Shown here in pieces: positions 53,501 through 64,000 of a stretch of DNA of 64,000 nt. Both the position numbers and the translations under genes were made by a program. The notes beneath the pieces were generated by a model. The model was given only the letters and a program-made list of their open reading frames with translations, searched no databases and was not told the origin of the DNA. Location of the stretch: positions 11,904,001-11,968,000 of the forward strand of contig NC_043023.1 of the NCBI RefSeq assembly GCF_006345805.1, given 5' to 3'. The stretch's first letter is position 1. The number at the start of each line of letters is the position of its first letter. Origin of the DNA: Octopus sinensis (taxonomy: Eukaryota).

Positions 53501-54224
53501 ACTATATATATATACATATATATATATAGCAAGTTCTTAAAAAAAAAATTTATCTTACTATATTTTTTATTCGTTGTTAATACGTTTATTCATACACTGT
53601 TACGAAAATTTAACCTTTTTAAGATACTTTCAAGCCTTCGCCATAACTTGATTTATCTTCCTATCTCTCTCTCTACAATATTTAACCGCAGGCTGCCTCA
53701 AGCCGTAATCCCATCTTTTTCCCATCTTTCAGTCATTGGCGGTGCGCCCCCCCCCCACCCCCACCACCAATACCGTTGAACACTGTTCTCACCCCCACCA
53801 CCAATACCGTTGAACACTGTTCTCACCCCCCCACCACCAATACCAGTATACCCCGTTCTCTCTATCTACACCGGATACACCTTACTCATCTACACTGGGT
53901 ACGCCCTACTCCCTCCTCCTCCTCCCACTACCACTTCTCCTCATTTGCTTAAGACAAGCTGCTAGCGCCATAGCTCATCAACTGCCCACCGATCTTACGC
54001 TTCCTCCTGACACTGCCTCAATCCGACCATCCCTTTAGTACCCTCCCGCCTCGTCACCTACCCATTCTAAGTACCCCCCCCCTACCCATTCTAAGTACCC
54101 CCTACCCATTCTAAGTACCCCGGATCCCCAAAGTACCCGGATCCCCAAAATACCCCAGTCCCCAAAGTACCCCGGACCTCGTTGCCCCCGTGCCGCTGAC
54201 ACGTTAAATGCTCGAATCCGATCG

Positions 54225-54440
54225 TGACGATGCCGGACCCTCCGGCCCCTGTGCAGGTGGCACGTAAAAAGCACCCAATCCACTCACGGAGTGGTTGGCG
54301 TTAGGAAGGGCATCCAGCCGTAGAAACTCTGCCAGATTCAGACTGGAGCCTGGAGCGGCCCCTGGCTTCCCAGACCGGTCAAACCGTCCAACCCGTGCTA
54401 GCGCGGAAAGCGGACGTTAAACGATGATGATGATGATGAT
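54225..54440 (+). mobile_element. RTE 3' UTR fragment with (ATG)n tail
   Basis: GGAGTGGTTGGCGTTAGGAAGGGCATCCAGCCGTAGAAAC. Further copies at 45800-46100 (minus) and 59890-60420 (plus, about 6 units). Confidence 0.75.
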
Positions 54441-55007
54441 GATATACGTACATATATATATACATGTATATATATGTATATATATATATATACGTATATA
54501 TATATATACATATATATACGTATATATATATATATATACACATATATATACGTATATATTTATATATACATATATATACATACATATATATATACATATA
54601 TATATACATACATATATATATATACATATATACATACATATATATATACATATATATATATATACATACATATATATATACATATATATATACATATATA
54701 TATACATACATATATATACACATATATATATACATATATATACACATATATATATACATACATACATATATACATACATATATATATACATATATATATA
54801 CATACATATATATATATATACATATATACATACATATATATATATATATACATATACATACATATATATATATATACATATACATACATATATATATACA
54901 TATATATATATACATATATATATACATACATATACATATATATATATACATATATATATATACATACATATACATATATATATATACATATACATATACA
55001 TACATAC

Positions 55008-55048
<41 letters not shown>

Positions 55049-55542
55049 CATACATATATATATACATACATAATGATGTTGGCATCACCTTTAAGGTACA
55101 TCCAAGGCTTGGGCCCCGTGCCATCCGCCCAAAACAAAAATCGCACTCTCATCTCATAACAACAATACGGCACAATTATTTCACCTCAATTGGCCCCGCT
55201 CTCTTTAACATTACACCAAAACACATTAAAACAGAAACTGACCCTATAGGGTTCAAGAAGTCTTTGGACAGATTCCTTCAAGAAATCCCGGATAAACCCC
55301 CTACACCCGGATATGTCTCTGTAAACAATAACTCTCTACTTGAGTGGGCCATAGTGCCCAAATTCTGACTTGAAAGACTTCACCAGGTGGTGCTATTAAG
55401 TTAGACATGGCCTGGGCCAATAATGGCCGAAACCTATCAAAGTATCAAAGTATCAAAGTATATACATACATACATATATGTACATACATATATATGTACA
55501 TACATATATATATATACATACATATATATATATACATACATA

Positions 55543-55574
<32 letters not shown>

Positions 55575-55732
55575 CATATATACATACATACATATATATA
55601 CATACATATATACATACATACATATATATATACATATATATACATACATATATATATACATATATATATATATACATACATATATATATACATATACATA
55701 CATACATATATATATACATATACATACATATA

Positions 55733-55772
<40 letters not shown>

Positions 55773-55893
55773 CATACATATATATATACATACATATATA
55801 TATACATACATATATATATACATACATATATATATACATACATATATACATACATATATATATATATATATGTGTGTGTGTATATATATATAT
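54440..55893. repeat. Two long TA/TACA arrays (54440-55070 and 55460-55893)
   Basis: Direct inspection. Confidence 0.95.
55070..55460 (+). mobile_element. CR1/L2-group LINE 3' fragment with an (ATCAAAGT)n tail
   Basis: Encodes [13 protein letters not shown]...[26 protein letters not shown]. Confidence 0.65.
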
Positions 55894-56090
55894 CTGTAAA
55901 TGTAATATGTGACAATTATTCAATAGCCAAGATAAAACTCCGAGTTTCGGATGTCGAGGTGGAAATCCACAACACCATCTCTTCAGTTATCTGGATAACC
56001 GAAGAGATGGTGGTGTGGATTTCCACCTCGGCATCCAAAACTCAGAGTTTTATCTTGGCTATTGAATAATTGTCACATATTATTTTACAG
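55894..56090. repeat. Fold-back palindrome, about 98-bp arms and a 2-nt loop
   Basis: Reverse-complement arms with about 5 internal substitutions plus divergence near the outer ends. Confidence 0.9.
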
Positions 56091-56385
56091 ATTAATTTCC
56101 TCTATTTACATAATATTGAGGTCTCTTTCTTTCTTTTGTTATCTTACCGTTTTCACCAATATATATATATATTATTCCGAGTAACAGCTTTTGTTAAATT
56201 TCTGCTGCTTTTAAATAAAGCATATTACTCTACCTCTGGTATTTGAGAACTCCTTTTTCCACCTTGTTTCACATTTGTGTTTACGCCAATATATATATAC
56301 ATATATATATATTTGGTTTGGTTTGAAAATTCTTTACGTGAGTTTGTGTGTTGAACCATATTCTGTCAGGGGAGAGTCATTCTCT

Positions 56386-56634
56386 TTTGGTGCCTGATAA
56401 TGTAACAAACTCACTGGTAAAATTTCCACTAATTTCTTTTTTATTTTTCTAAAATTTTCATTGTGTCTTGCAACCTTCCCAATAGTTTTGACTATTTCAG
56501 TGGTAAGCCTTTACACCAATATGGAGCCAAAACTATTGAAAAGGTTGCAAGACACAATGAAAATTTCAGAAAAATAAAAAAGAAATTAGTGGAAATTTTA
56601 CCGGTGTGTTTGTGTTAAATTATAAGGCACCAAA
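56386..56634. repeat. Fold-back palindrome, about 105-bp arms and a roughly 37-nt loop; half copy at 62108-62232
   Basis: Arms 56386-56490 and 56528-56634. Confidence 0.85.
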
Positions 56635-57266
56635 TTTCACATTTCTAAACTCAATATATGAATTATATTTGGAATACAAGATAATACAATGGATTTTACA
56701 TATGAATCTTATGGATTATTGCAGAATAACCAAGGAAGTATATATGGATTTAACAACTCTCATCACCTGTCACACTTTTCCACCCAAGCCTGCAAAGAAA
56801 ATGGATGGTAAAGTATGATGATGATGATGATGATGAAAACACAACAAAGACAAAATCAATGTCACTTAAAACTTTTATTCCTTATTCCCATTCCTTTATT
56901 CTCATAACAAATTCCTCAAAAATCCAGCACAATCCTCTTCAGAAATCAAAGTCATCTCTGTGTTGATATATTTAGATATATAAATGATATTGAAGTTGTG
57001 ATTCATGAATTTCATGTTGACATCCAAGAAACTGAAGTTGATAATGTCAAGCTTGAAGAGGAATAAACCCTGTCTTTTAGCAGACAAAATGCTCATAATT
57101 GTTGTCATGTTTTAATAAATTTTGATATTGATACTGTTACACTTGTGTATGAATACTCACATGTGTACTTGAGAGGCCATTTGCAGAGAATGGTTTACCA
57201 CAGATATCACACTGATATGGTTTTTCCCCAGTATGAATAGGTTTGTTACTATTGCTAGAGAATGAT

Positions 57267-58508
57267 TCACCAGATATCACAATCATGTGGCTTCTTCCCC
57301 GTATGGGTACATTTGTGTTTAGACAAGCCCACATTTTGGGAGAATGATTTACCACAGATATTACAATATGGCTTCTCTCCTGTATGAACACGTTGGTGTC
57401 TAGTCAAATTAGAATTTTCAGAGAATGATTTACCACAGATACTACAATGATATGGCTTCTCTCCTGTATGAGTACGTTTGTGTTTAATCACGTCACTACT
57501 TGCAGAAAATGATCTACCACAGATATTACAATGATATGGCTTCTCACCTGTATGAGTACGTTTGTGTTTAAGCACGTCACCACCTTGAGAGAATGATTTA
57601 CCACAGATATCACATTGATATGGCTTCTCCCCAGTATGAATACGTTTGTGACGAGCCAAAGTTTCTTTTGTGGAAATTGATTTACCACAAATATCACAGT
57701 GATATGGCTCCTCTCCTGTATGAACACGTTTGTGTGATTTCAAGGGCACAAACCTAGAAAATAATTTACCACAAATATCACACTGATATGGTTTTTCCCC
57801 AGTATGAATACGTTTGTGATAAGTCAAGTTACCCCTTTGAGAGAATGATTTACCACAAATATCACAGTGATATGGCTTCTCTCCTGTATGAACACGTTTG
57901 TGTGATTTCAAGGGACCAGACCCAGAAAATAATTTACCACAGATATCACAGTGATATGGATTTTCCCCAGTATGAATACGTTCGTGACGAGTCAAAGAAC
58001 CCCTTTCAGAGAATGATTTACCACAGATATCACAGTGATATGGCTTTTCCCCAGTATGAATACGTTTGTGTATTGTTAAGGCATAATTTTGAGAGAATGA
58101 TTTACCACAGATATCACAGTGATGTGGTTTTTCCCCAGTATGAATGCGTTTGTGACGAATTAAGAGACTATTGGTAGTGAAAAATTTATCACAGATATCA
58201 CAATGAAATGGCTTATCTACTGTATGTGTGTATGTGTGTTTAGTCAAGTGACCCCTTTGAGAGAATGATTTACCACAAATATCACAGTGATATGGCTTCT
58301 CTCCTGTATGAACACGTTTGTGTGATTTCAAGGGACCAGACCCAGAAAATAATTTACCACAGATATCACAGTGATATGGATTTTCCCCAGTATGAATACG
58401 TTTGTGACAAGTCAAAGAACCACTTTGAGAGAATGACTTACCACAGACATCACAATGATATGGCTTCTCTCTTGTATCAGGGGTTTTTGGTTCAGTCAAA
58501 TTATTCAT
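57267..58508 (-). CDS. C2H2 zinc-finger protein E (14 fingers, then a frameshift; ancestral HTQV* tail out of frame at 57137)
   Basis: 413-aa ORF. GATATCTGGTGA lacks 2 nt relative to GATATCTGTGGTGA. Acceptor ends at 58935; donor at 62565. Confidence 0.85.
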   Translation of the reverse strand: MNNLTEPKTPDTREKPYHCDVCGKSFSQSGSLTCHKRIHTGENPYHCDICGKLFSGSGPLKSHKRVHTGEKPYHCDICGKSFSQRGHLTKHTYTHTVDKPFHCDICDKFFTTNSLLIRHKRIHTGEKPHHCDICGKSFSQNYALTIHKRIHTGEKPYHCDICGKSFSERGSLTRHERIHTGENPYHCDICGKLFSGSGPLKSHKRVHTGEKPYHCDICGKSFSQRGNLTYHKRIHTGEKPYQCDICGKLFSRFVPLKSHKRVHTGEEPYHCDICGKSISTKETLARHKRIHTGEKPYQCDICGKSFSQGGDVLKHKRTHTGEKPYHCNICGRSFSASSDVIKHKRTHTGEKPYHCSICGKSFSENSNLTRHQRVHTGEKPYCNICGKSFSQNVGLSKHKCTHTGKKPHDCDIW

Positions 58509-61489
58509 TATGAGAGAATAATAAATATCACAATAATAGTGTGTTTTTCAAAATTCTGTGGATGTTAGTGTTTAGTTGTGTCACTATTTCTAGAGAATAA
58601 TTTCATCTTATGTTTCTTTCGTTTGTGATTTTACTTAATGTCTAAAATGTAAACTGTCAAATCTTTTGTAAAGTTATCCAACGTTAATCAAACTGTTAAT
58701 TGATAATCTCCTCTACATTGCAGACAGTGAAGAAAAACAATGTTGTTGTGAAAAACAATGTCCAGAAATTTTTTCCCATCATTTGTCGAAAATCAAATTT
58801 ATATTAAGAGTATGATGTATTGATGAATGTTTCTTGTTAATACGTGGACGTCCTTCAGTCAAGGAAAGTCAATAAAAACATCAGAGGCACATCTGCTTGA
58901 AGAAATTTCTTTTATGTTGACACGATGTGTTATTCTGAAATAGGAAAAGAAGCAGTAAGATAAAGTGGATAGTTAAACAACAGTGTAATTCGATTTTACG
59001 ACATCAATTGTCATCCATTTAATATCTACGTTTGCATGGGTCAGAATCCATTGAGGCATTGAAACTTTTACAACATTCTGTATATAGATGAATCGCTTCC
59101 ACATTTCTCTAATTATTTATCTCTTTTCTTTCTCTTCTCTCCTTTCACTTGTTTCACCTGTGAAGTGGCATGGCTTAGTGGTTAGGGTATTTCACTCACA
59201 ATTGTAAAGTTGTGAGTTTGATACACAGTGGGGCAATGAGTCTCCAAGCCATTTTATTTCACTTTGCAATAAGTCCACTCAGGTGTCAAAAATGAATTTC
59301 ACCTGTAATTCAAAGGGCCAGTCTTCTCACCATCTGTGTCATGCTGTGCCTCACTGAAGACTATATCAAGGGTCCCCATGTCTGTGGAATACTCAGCCAT
59401 TTGCATGTTAATTCCATGAGCCGGCTTTTCAGTTGATTGGCTAAACTAAAACACAGAGTGTCACTTACTGTGTCACCCAGGGACTGTGGCCATGCTGGAG
59501 TACTTTTTATTAATCCCACAAATAAATGTACCTAAAAGGAAAGGTTTGTCATGCTACAGGTCTTAGGATAAAGCCATGTAATGACTGCTGCTTCTAGCAT
59601 ACTAAACGACCTGCAGAGGATGAGATACTTTTGAAATTGTTGAAAAGAGAGAGAGAAAGGTTTTCACAACAAATTCCGATGCAATCGTAATCTATACCAC
59701 TCGAATGGTACCTTTTACAAAATTTCATTAGAACACAAATTTTTGAGTAAATTATAACGAAATGAGACTGATGCGTGTAAATCATATGAAATTCTTCTGC
59801 ACTGCACAGGCCCCGAAAGCAGGTTTTCATAACAAATTCGGATATAATCAGAAACTGCACCATCTGAAATAATGTAATAGGAGATTTCGTGGCCATTGCC
59901 AGCCTCGTCTGGCCCCTGTACTGGTGGCACGTAAAAAGCACCATCCGTTGGTGGCCGTTTGCCATCCTCGTCTGGCCCCCATGCCGGTGGCACGTAAAAA
60001 GCACCAACCAATCGTTGGCGTTTGCCAGCCTCGTCTGGCACCTGTGCAGGTGGCACGTAAAAAGCACCATCCAATCATGGCCATTTGCCAGCCTTGTCCG
60101 GCCCCTGTGCCGGTGGCACGTAAAAAGCTCCATCCGTTGGTGGCCGTTTGCCAGCCTCGCCTGGCCCCCGTGCCGGCGGCACGTAAAAAGCACCAACCGA
60201 TCGTGGGTGTTTGCCAGCCTCGTCTGGCACCTGTGCAGGTGGCATGTAAAAAGCACCCACTACACTCACGGAGTGGTTGGCGTTAGGAAGGGCATCCAGC
60301 CGTAGAAACACTGCCAGATCAGACTGGAGCCTGGTGCAGCCTCCAGGTTTCCCAGACCCCGGCCGAACCGTCCAACCCATGCTCACACGGAAAACGGATG
60401 TTAAACGTTGATGATGATGATGATTTAAAAATACTGATTTTTCAGAAAGAATGCTCAGCCATTTGAATGTCAATTCCATGAGCAGGCTTTTCAGTTGATT
60501 GGATGAACTAAAACACAGAGTGTCAGTTACTGTTTTACCCAGGGACTGTAGCCATGCTGGAGTACTTCTTTTAGAGATTTCATTTAAAAACACCAATTTT
60601 TCAGAAAGTGACGAGAAAACGAAGTCGGTGGGGTACATTTAAGTACTGACCCCAGACGGATTTGTAGCTATTCTATCAGAATTAATTAGGCAAGTTTCCT
60701 CTTATTGTGCAGTAATTAAATGGGATCTTTTCCTTTTGAAGGCCTAAATTAATTTAATTGTCACGCGTGTAAAAAACCTGAAAGCAATGGAAAGTGATTT
60801 AAACAATTAACAATCAAAATAATTCTATAAACAATTAAATTAATTTAACAATTAAGAAAAAAAAGTTAGGGTTAGTTACAGGATGTTGTCTCAGTTTTAG
60901 ACGCAGCAAATGATTTTAGCTCAATAGAGGGCAAAGGATTGGTTAAAGTGTGAAAAATTAAACAACGTTAAACAAATAAATTACAATTTTCTCAAGAAAG
61001 CCAAGAAAAAAAATGTTTTATTTTGACACATTCTACCAGTATACGAAGTTTCAAAGTGTTTAGTTAACTAGAAATTGTGTTAAAATCTGGCCTTCAAAAG
61101 TTAAAGATCCATTAAATGTAACAAACATCAAACGATTCTGAATTACCGTTAATCTACGAAATCTTTTATCTATTTACTTTCTATCACATGTAACTCTCAT
61201 CGGATTTTACTCTAAAAGTTCAAATTCCACCGTGGTTCATTTTGCCTTTCAGACTTCCGAGTTCAATAAAATAAGAAGCAGGGGTCCATATAATAGAATT
61301 ACACCTCCAACCAAATTACAGGCCTTATGCCTTAAGTAAAAATGCTTATCATCATCATCATCGTCGTTATTATTTATACACTCTGAAAAGAATTTAAGTC
61401 AAATCTCGACTTCGGCGGAAGGTTCTGAGTTCAAATAAGGCCGAGGTCGATCTTGCCTTTCATTCCTTTCTGGAAATACTGGGGTCCAT

Positions 61490-62105
61490 ATATTCTTATT
61501 TCTTTATTGCCCACAAGGGGCTAAACATAGAGGGGACAAACGGATTAAGTCGATTACATCGACCCCAGTGCGTAACTGGTCCTTAATTTATCGACCCCGA
61601 AAGGATAAAAGGCAAAGTCAACCTCGGCGGAATTTGAACTCAGAACGTAGCGACAGACGAAATACCGCTAGGCATTTCGCCCAGCTCGCCGCCGTGGGGT
61701 CTATATATCTACTTCTCGCTCACATGAAAGGTTGCTGGCCCTGGGCTAAAATTTGAAATTTTTATCTGTTTCCTTATTACCCACAAGGGGCTAAACATAG
61801 GACAGACAAAGGGATTAAGTCGATTACATCGACCCCAGTGCGTAACTGGTACTTAATTTATCGACCGCGAAAGGATGAAAGGCAGAGTCGACCTGGCAGA
61901 AACGTTAGCACGCCGGGCGAAATGCGTAGCCGTGTTTCGTCTGTCGTTACGTTGTGAGTTCAAAATCCGCCGAGGTCGACTTTATGTTTCATCCTTTCGG
62001 GGTCGATAAATTAAGTACCAGTTACGCACTGCGGTCGATGTAATCGATTTAATACCTATGTCTGTCCCCTCTATGTTTAGCACCTTGTGGGTAATAAAGA
62101 AATAG
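61490..62105. mobile_element. Three SINE family 1 copies (minus, minus, plus) in intron 1 of ZNF E
   Basis: Core sequence in both orientations. Confidence 0.8.
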
Positions 62106-62565
62106 GTCAAAACTATTGAAAAGGTTGCAAGACGAAACGAAAATTTTAGGGAAACAAAAATAAGAAATAAGTGGAAATTTTATCCGTGAGTATGTTAAAT
62201 AATAAGGCACTAAAAGAGAATGACTCTCCCCAGACACAACAGAATTAATTAATGTGGTAGTCTTAAACCGTTCTCCTCACCTTTTACTAATCAATAATGA
62301 CACATTACTTTCATTTTACCAATTAATTTCCTTTATATCACATGTAAAAGTCGATCGTAGGTTTCCATAAACAACAGATCATCATTTCAGTTTGGAAGTT
62401 ATTAATTAAGACGAGCAAATTATATTTTCCTAATTGTTGTCAGGTTCCCGCTTCGAAAAATAATTACTGTAACATCGAGAGAGTTACATAATTCTATTCT
62501 TTACATTATCATTATTAGCATTATTATCACTGTTACAGCCTTAAAGTAAATCTTTATCAACTTAC

Positions 62566-62780
62566 CGTATTCAGACATAAACAGCGAGTCAACGATCAGT
62601 AATTAAGCACCTTAATTAATAATTTAATTGGTGGCGGCAAAGTGGAGTTGAAGTTATTTCCCTTTGTAAAGTTGTATTCCTTCAATTCTCCAATAGATGG
62701 CTCTACTGACTGGTTGGTTTCGTTCCGGTTTTTTCTTAATCCCAATTTTCATCAGATTATTTTAATAAAATGTACTCATA
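62566..62780 (-). promoter_or_regulatory. Non-coding exon 1 and promoter of ZNF E, with CCAATAGATGGC (62690-62701)
   Basis: Donor GTAAGT at 62565-62560; paralogous to 5174-5310 and 250-490. Confidence 0.55.
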
Positions 62781-63499
62781 TATTCTGCTATAAAACTCTA
62801 CTAGGTACGGATCTTTTCGGTTTGAACGGCAGTTTTTTTAATTAAGTGTTTAGTTACTCTTTACTCTTTTACTTGTTTCAGTCATTTGACTGCGGCCATG
62901 CTGGAGCACCGCCTTTAGTCGAGCAAATCGACCCCAGTACTTATTTTTTGTAAGCCTAGTATTTATTCTATCGGTCCATTTTGCCGAACCGCTAAGTAAC
63001 GGGGACATAAACACACCAGCATCAGTTGTTAAGCAATGCTACAGGGTCAAACACACACACACACACACGTATATATACGACGGGCTTCTTTCAGTTTCCG
63101 TCTACAAAATCCACTCAGAAAGCTTTGGTCGGCCCGAGGCTATAGTAGCCGACACTTTCTTAAGGTGTCACACAGTGGGACTGAACCCGGAACCATGTGG
63201 TTGGTTAGCAAGCTACTTTATTTCATGAAAGATTCGTCATTAAGGCGTTACATAGAGGGGACATACAAATACAGACAAACATAGGGTGTAGTAGCTTAAC
63301 ACGTTTTGCTATTTACAATGAAATATATATAATATTTACAATATAAAAGCTACTTACCACACAGCCACTCCTGCGCCTACGTGGAAATTGTTTTAAAAAA
63401 CTGCCGTTCAAACCGAAAACATCCATCCACTACAGTAGACCAACTAGGAATGTGAATGAACATCACACCCAACGAAATGGGTGATTATGAGCGGAATAG

Positions 63500-63785
63500 A
63501 GAAGCGGTATTAATTAGATCGGGACCAATGGAAAGGAGGGACAATAATTGGAAAAGAGAGGAAATGCTGTGGGGGAGAGAACCGGAAGAGCGACGGCATG
63601 ACGTCACGTCCCGATGCCACACCCACAAGACGGATTATTTCTTAAGGTATTTGCGGTGAAGTCATGAACTGGAAACAGTCGTAGGATAGAATATGTGAGT
63701 AGACTTTGTTATAATAATCTGGTGGAAATTTGGAAGTGAAGTTGTTGACTGAATGCGACGAAGAAAAAGACCGGAACGAATCCAA
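63500..63785 (+). promoter_or_regulatory. Inverted copy of the A-type upstream promoter module (ETS-like CCGGAAG, CRE TGACGTCA)
   Basis: The reverse complement matches 405-510 and 920-1010. Confidence 0.5.
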
Positions 63786-64000
63786 CGGATCTTTTCTGTT
63801 TGAACGGCAGTTTTTTCTAGCGGTGTCATATGAAATTGTCACCCATAATTATGACCCTGGTATCGATCTATTGCATTTCAATCTGTTTTAGGGTTAGAGT
63901 TAGGGGTGGGGGAAGGGTATCTTTGTTTCTTCAGAAATGTTAATAAACCCAATCTGTTTCTTAAACGAGAAACATTCATACGGCACAGAACGTTTTCACC

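Overview
Eukaryotic, very AT- and microsatellite-rich DNA; the gene and repeat content points to an octopus (coleoid cephalopod) genome (inference). The window holds part of a tandem cluster of finger-only C2H2 zinc-finger genes, each with a putative non-coding first exon and one large coding exon: genes A (2.6-3.8 kb), B (7.8-9.2 kb), C (15.1-17.6 kb) and E (57.1-58.5 kb) on the minus strand, an inverted pseudogene D (43.2-45.1 kb), two relics, and promoter copies at both window edges. Between them lie RTE- and CR1-type LINE fragments, three tRNA-headed SINE families, Helitrons, fold-back palindromes and long TA arrays. The main findings are: (1) the stop codons of genes B and C are encoded by a fused Helitron helicase 3' end, complete to its hairpin/CTRR terminus in C; (2) a spliced plus-strand gene, missed by the ORF track, encoding a small Ig-like single-pass membrane protein (28.5-32.2 kb); (3) a 68-codon reading frame kept open in the 3' UTR of A-type genes; (4) a CTCF-like motif at each complete A-type promoter; (5) RTE LINEs with a PHD finger inside the RT region and an expandable 62-bp VNTR in the 3' UTR. 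All coordinates were read by eye; repeat boundaries are approximate and no database search was run.
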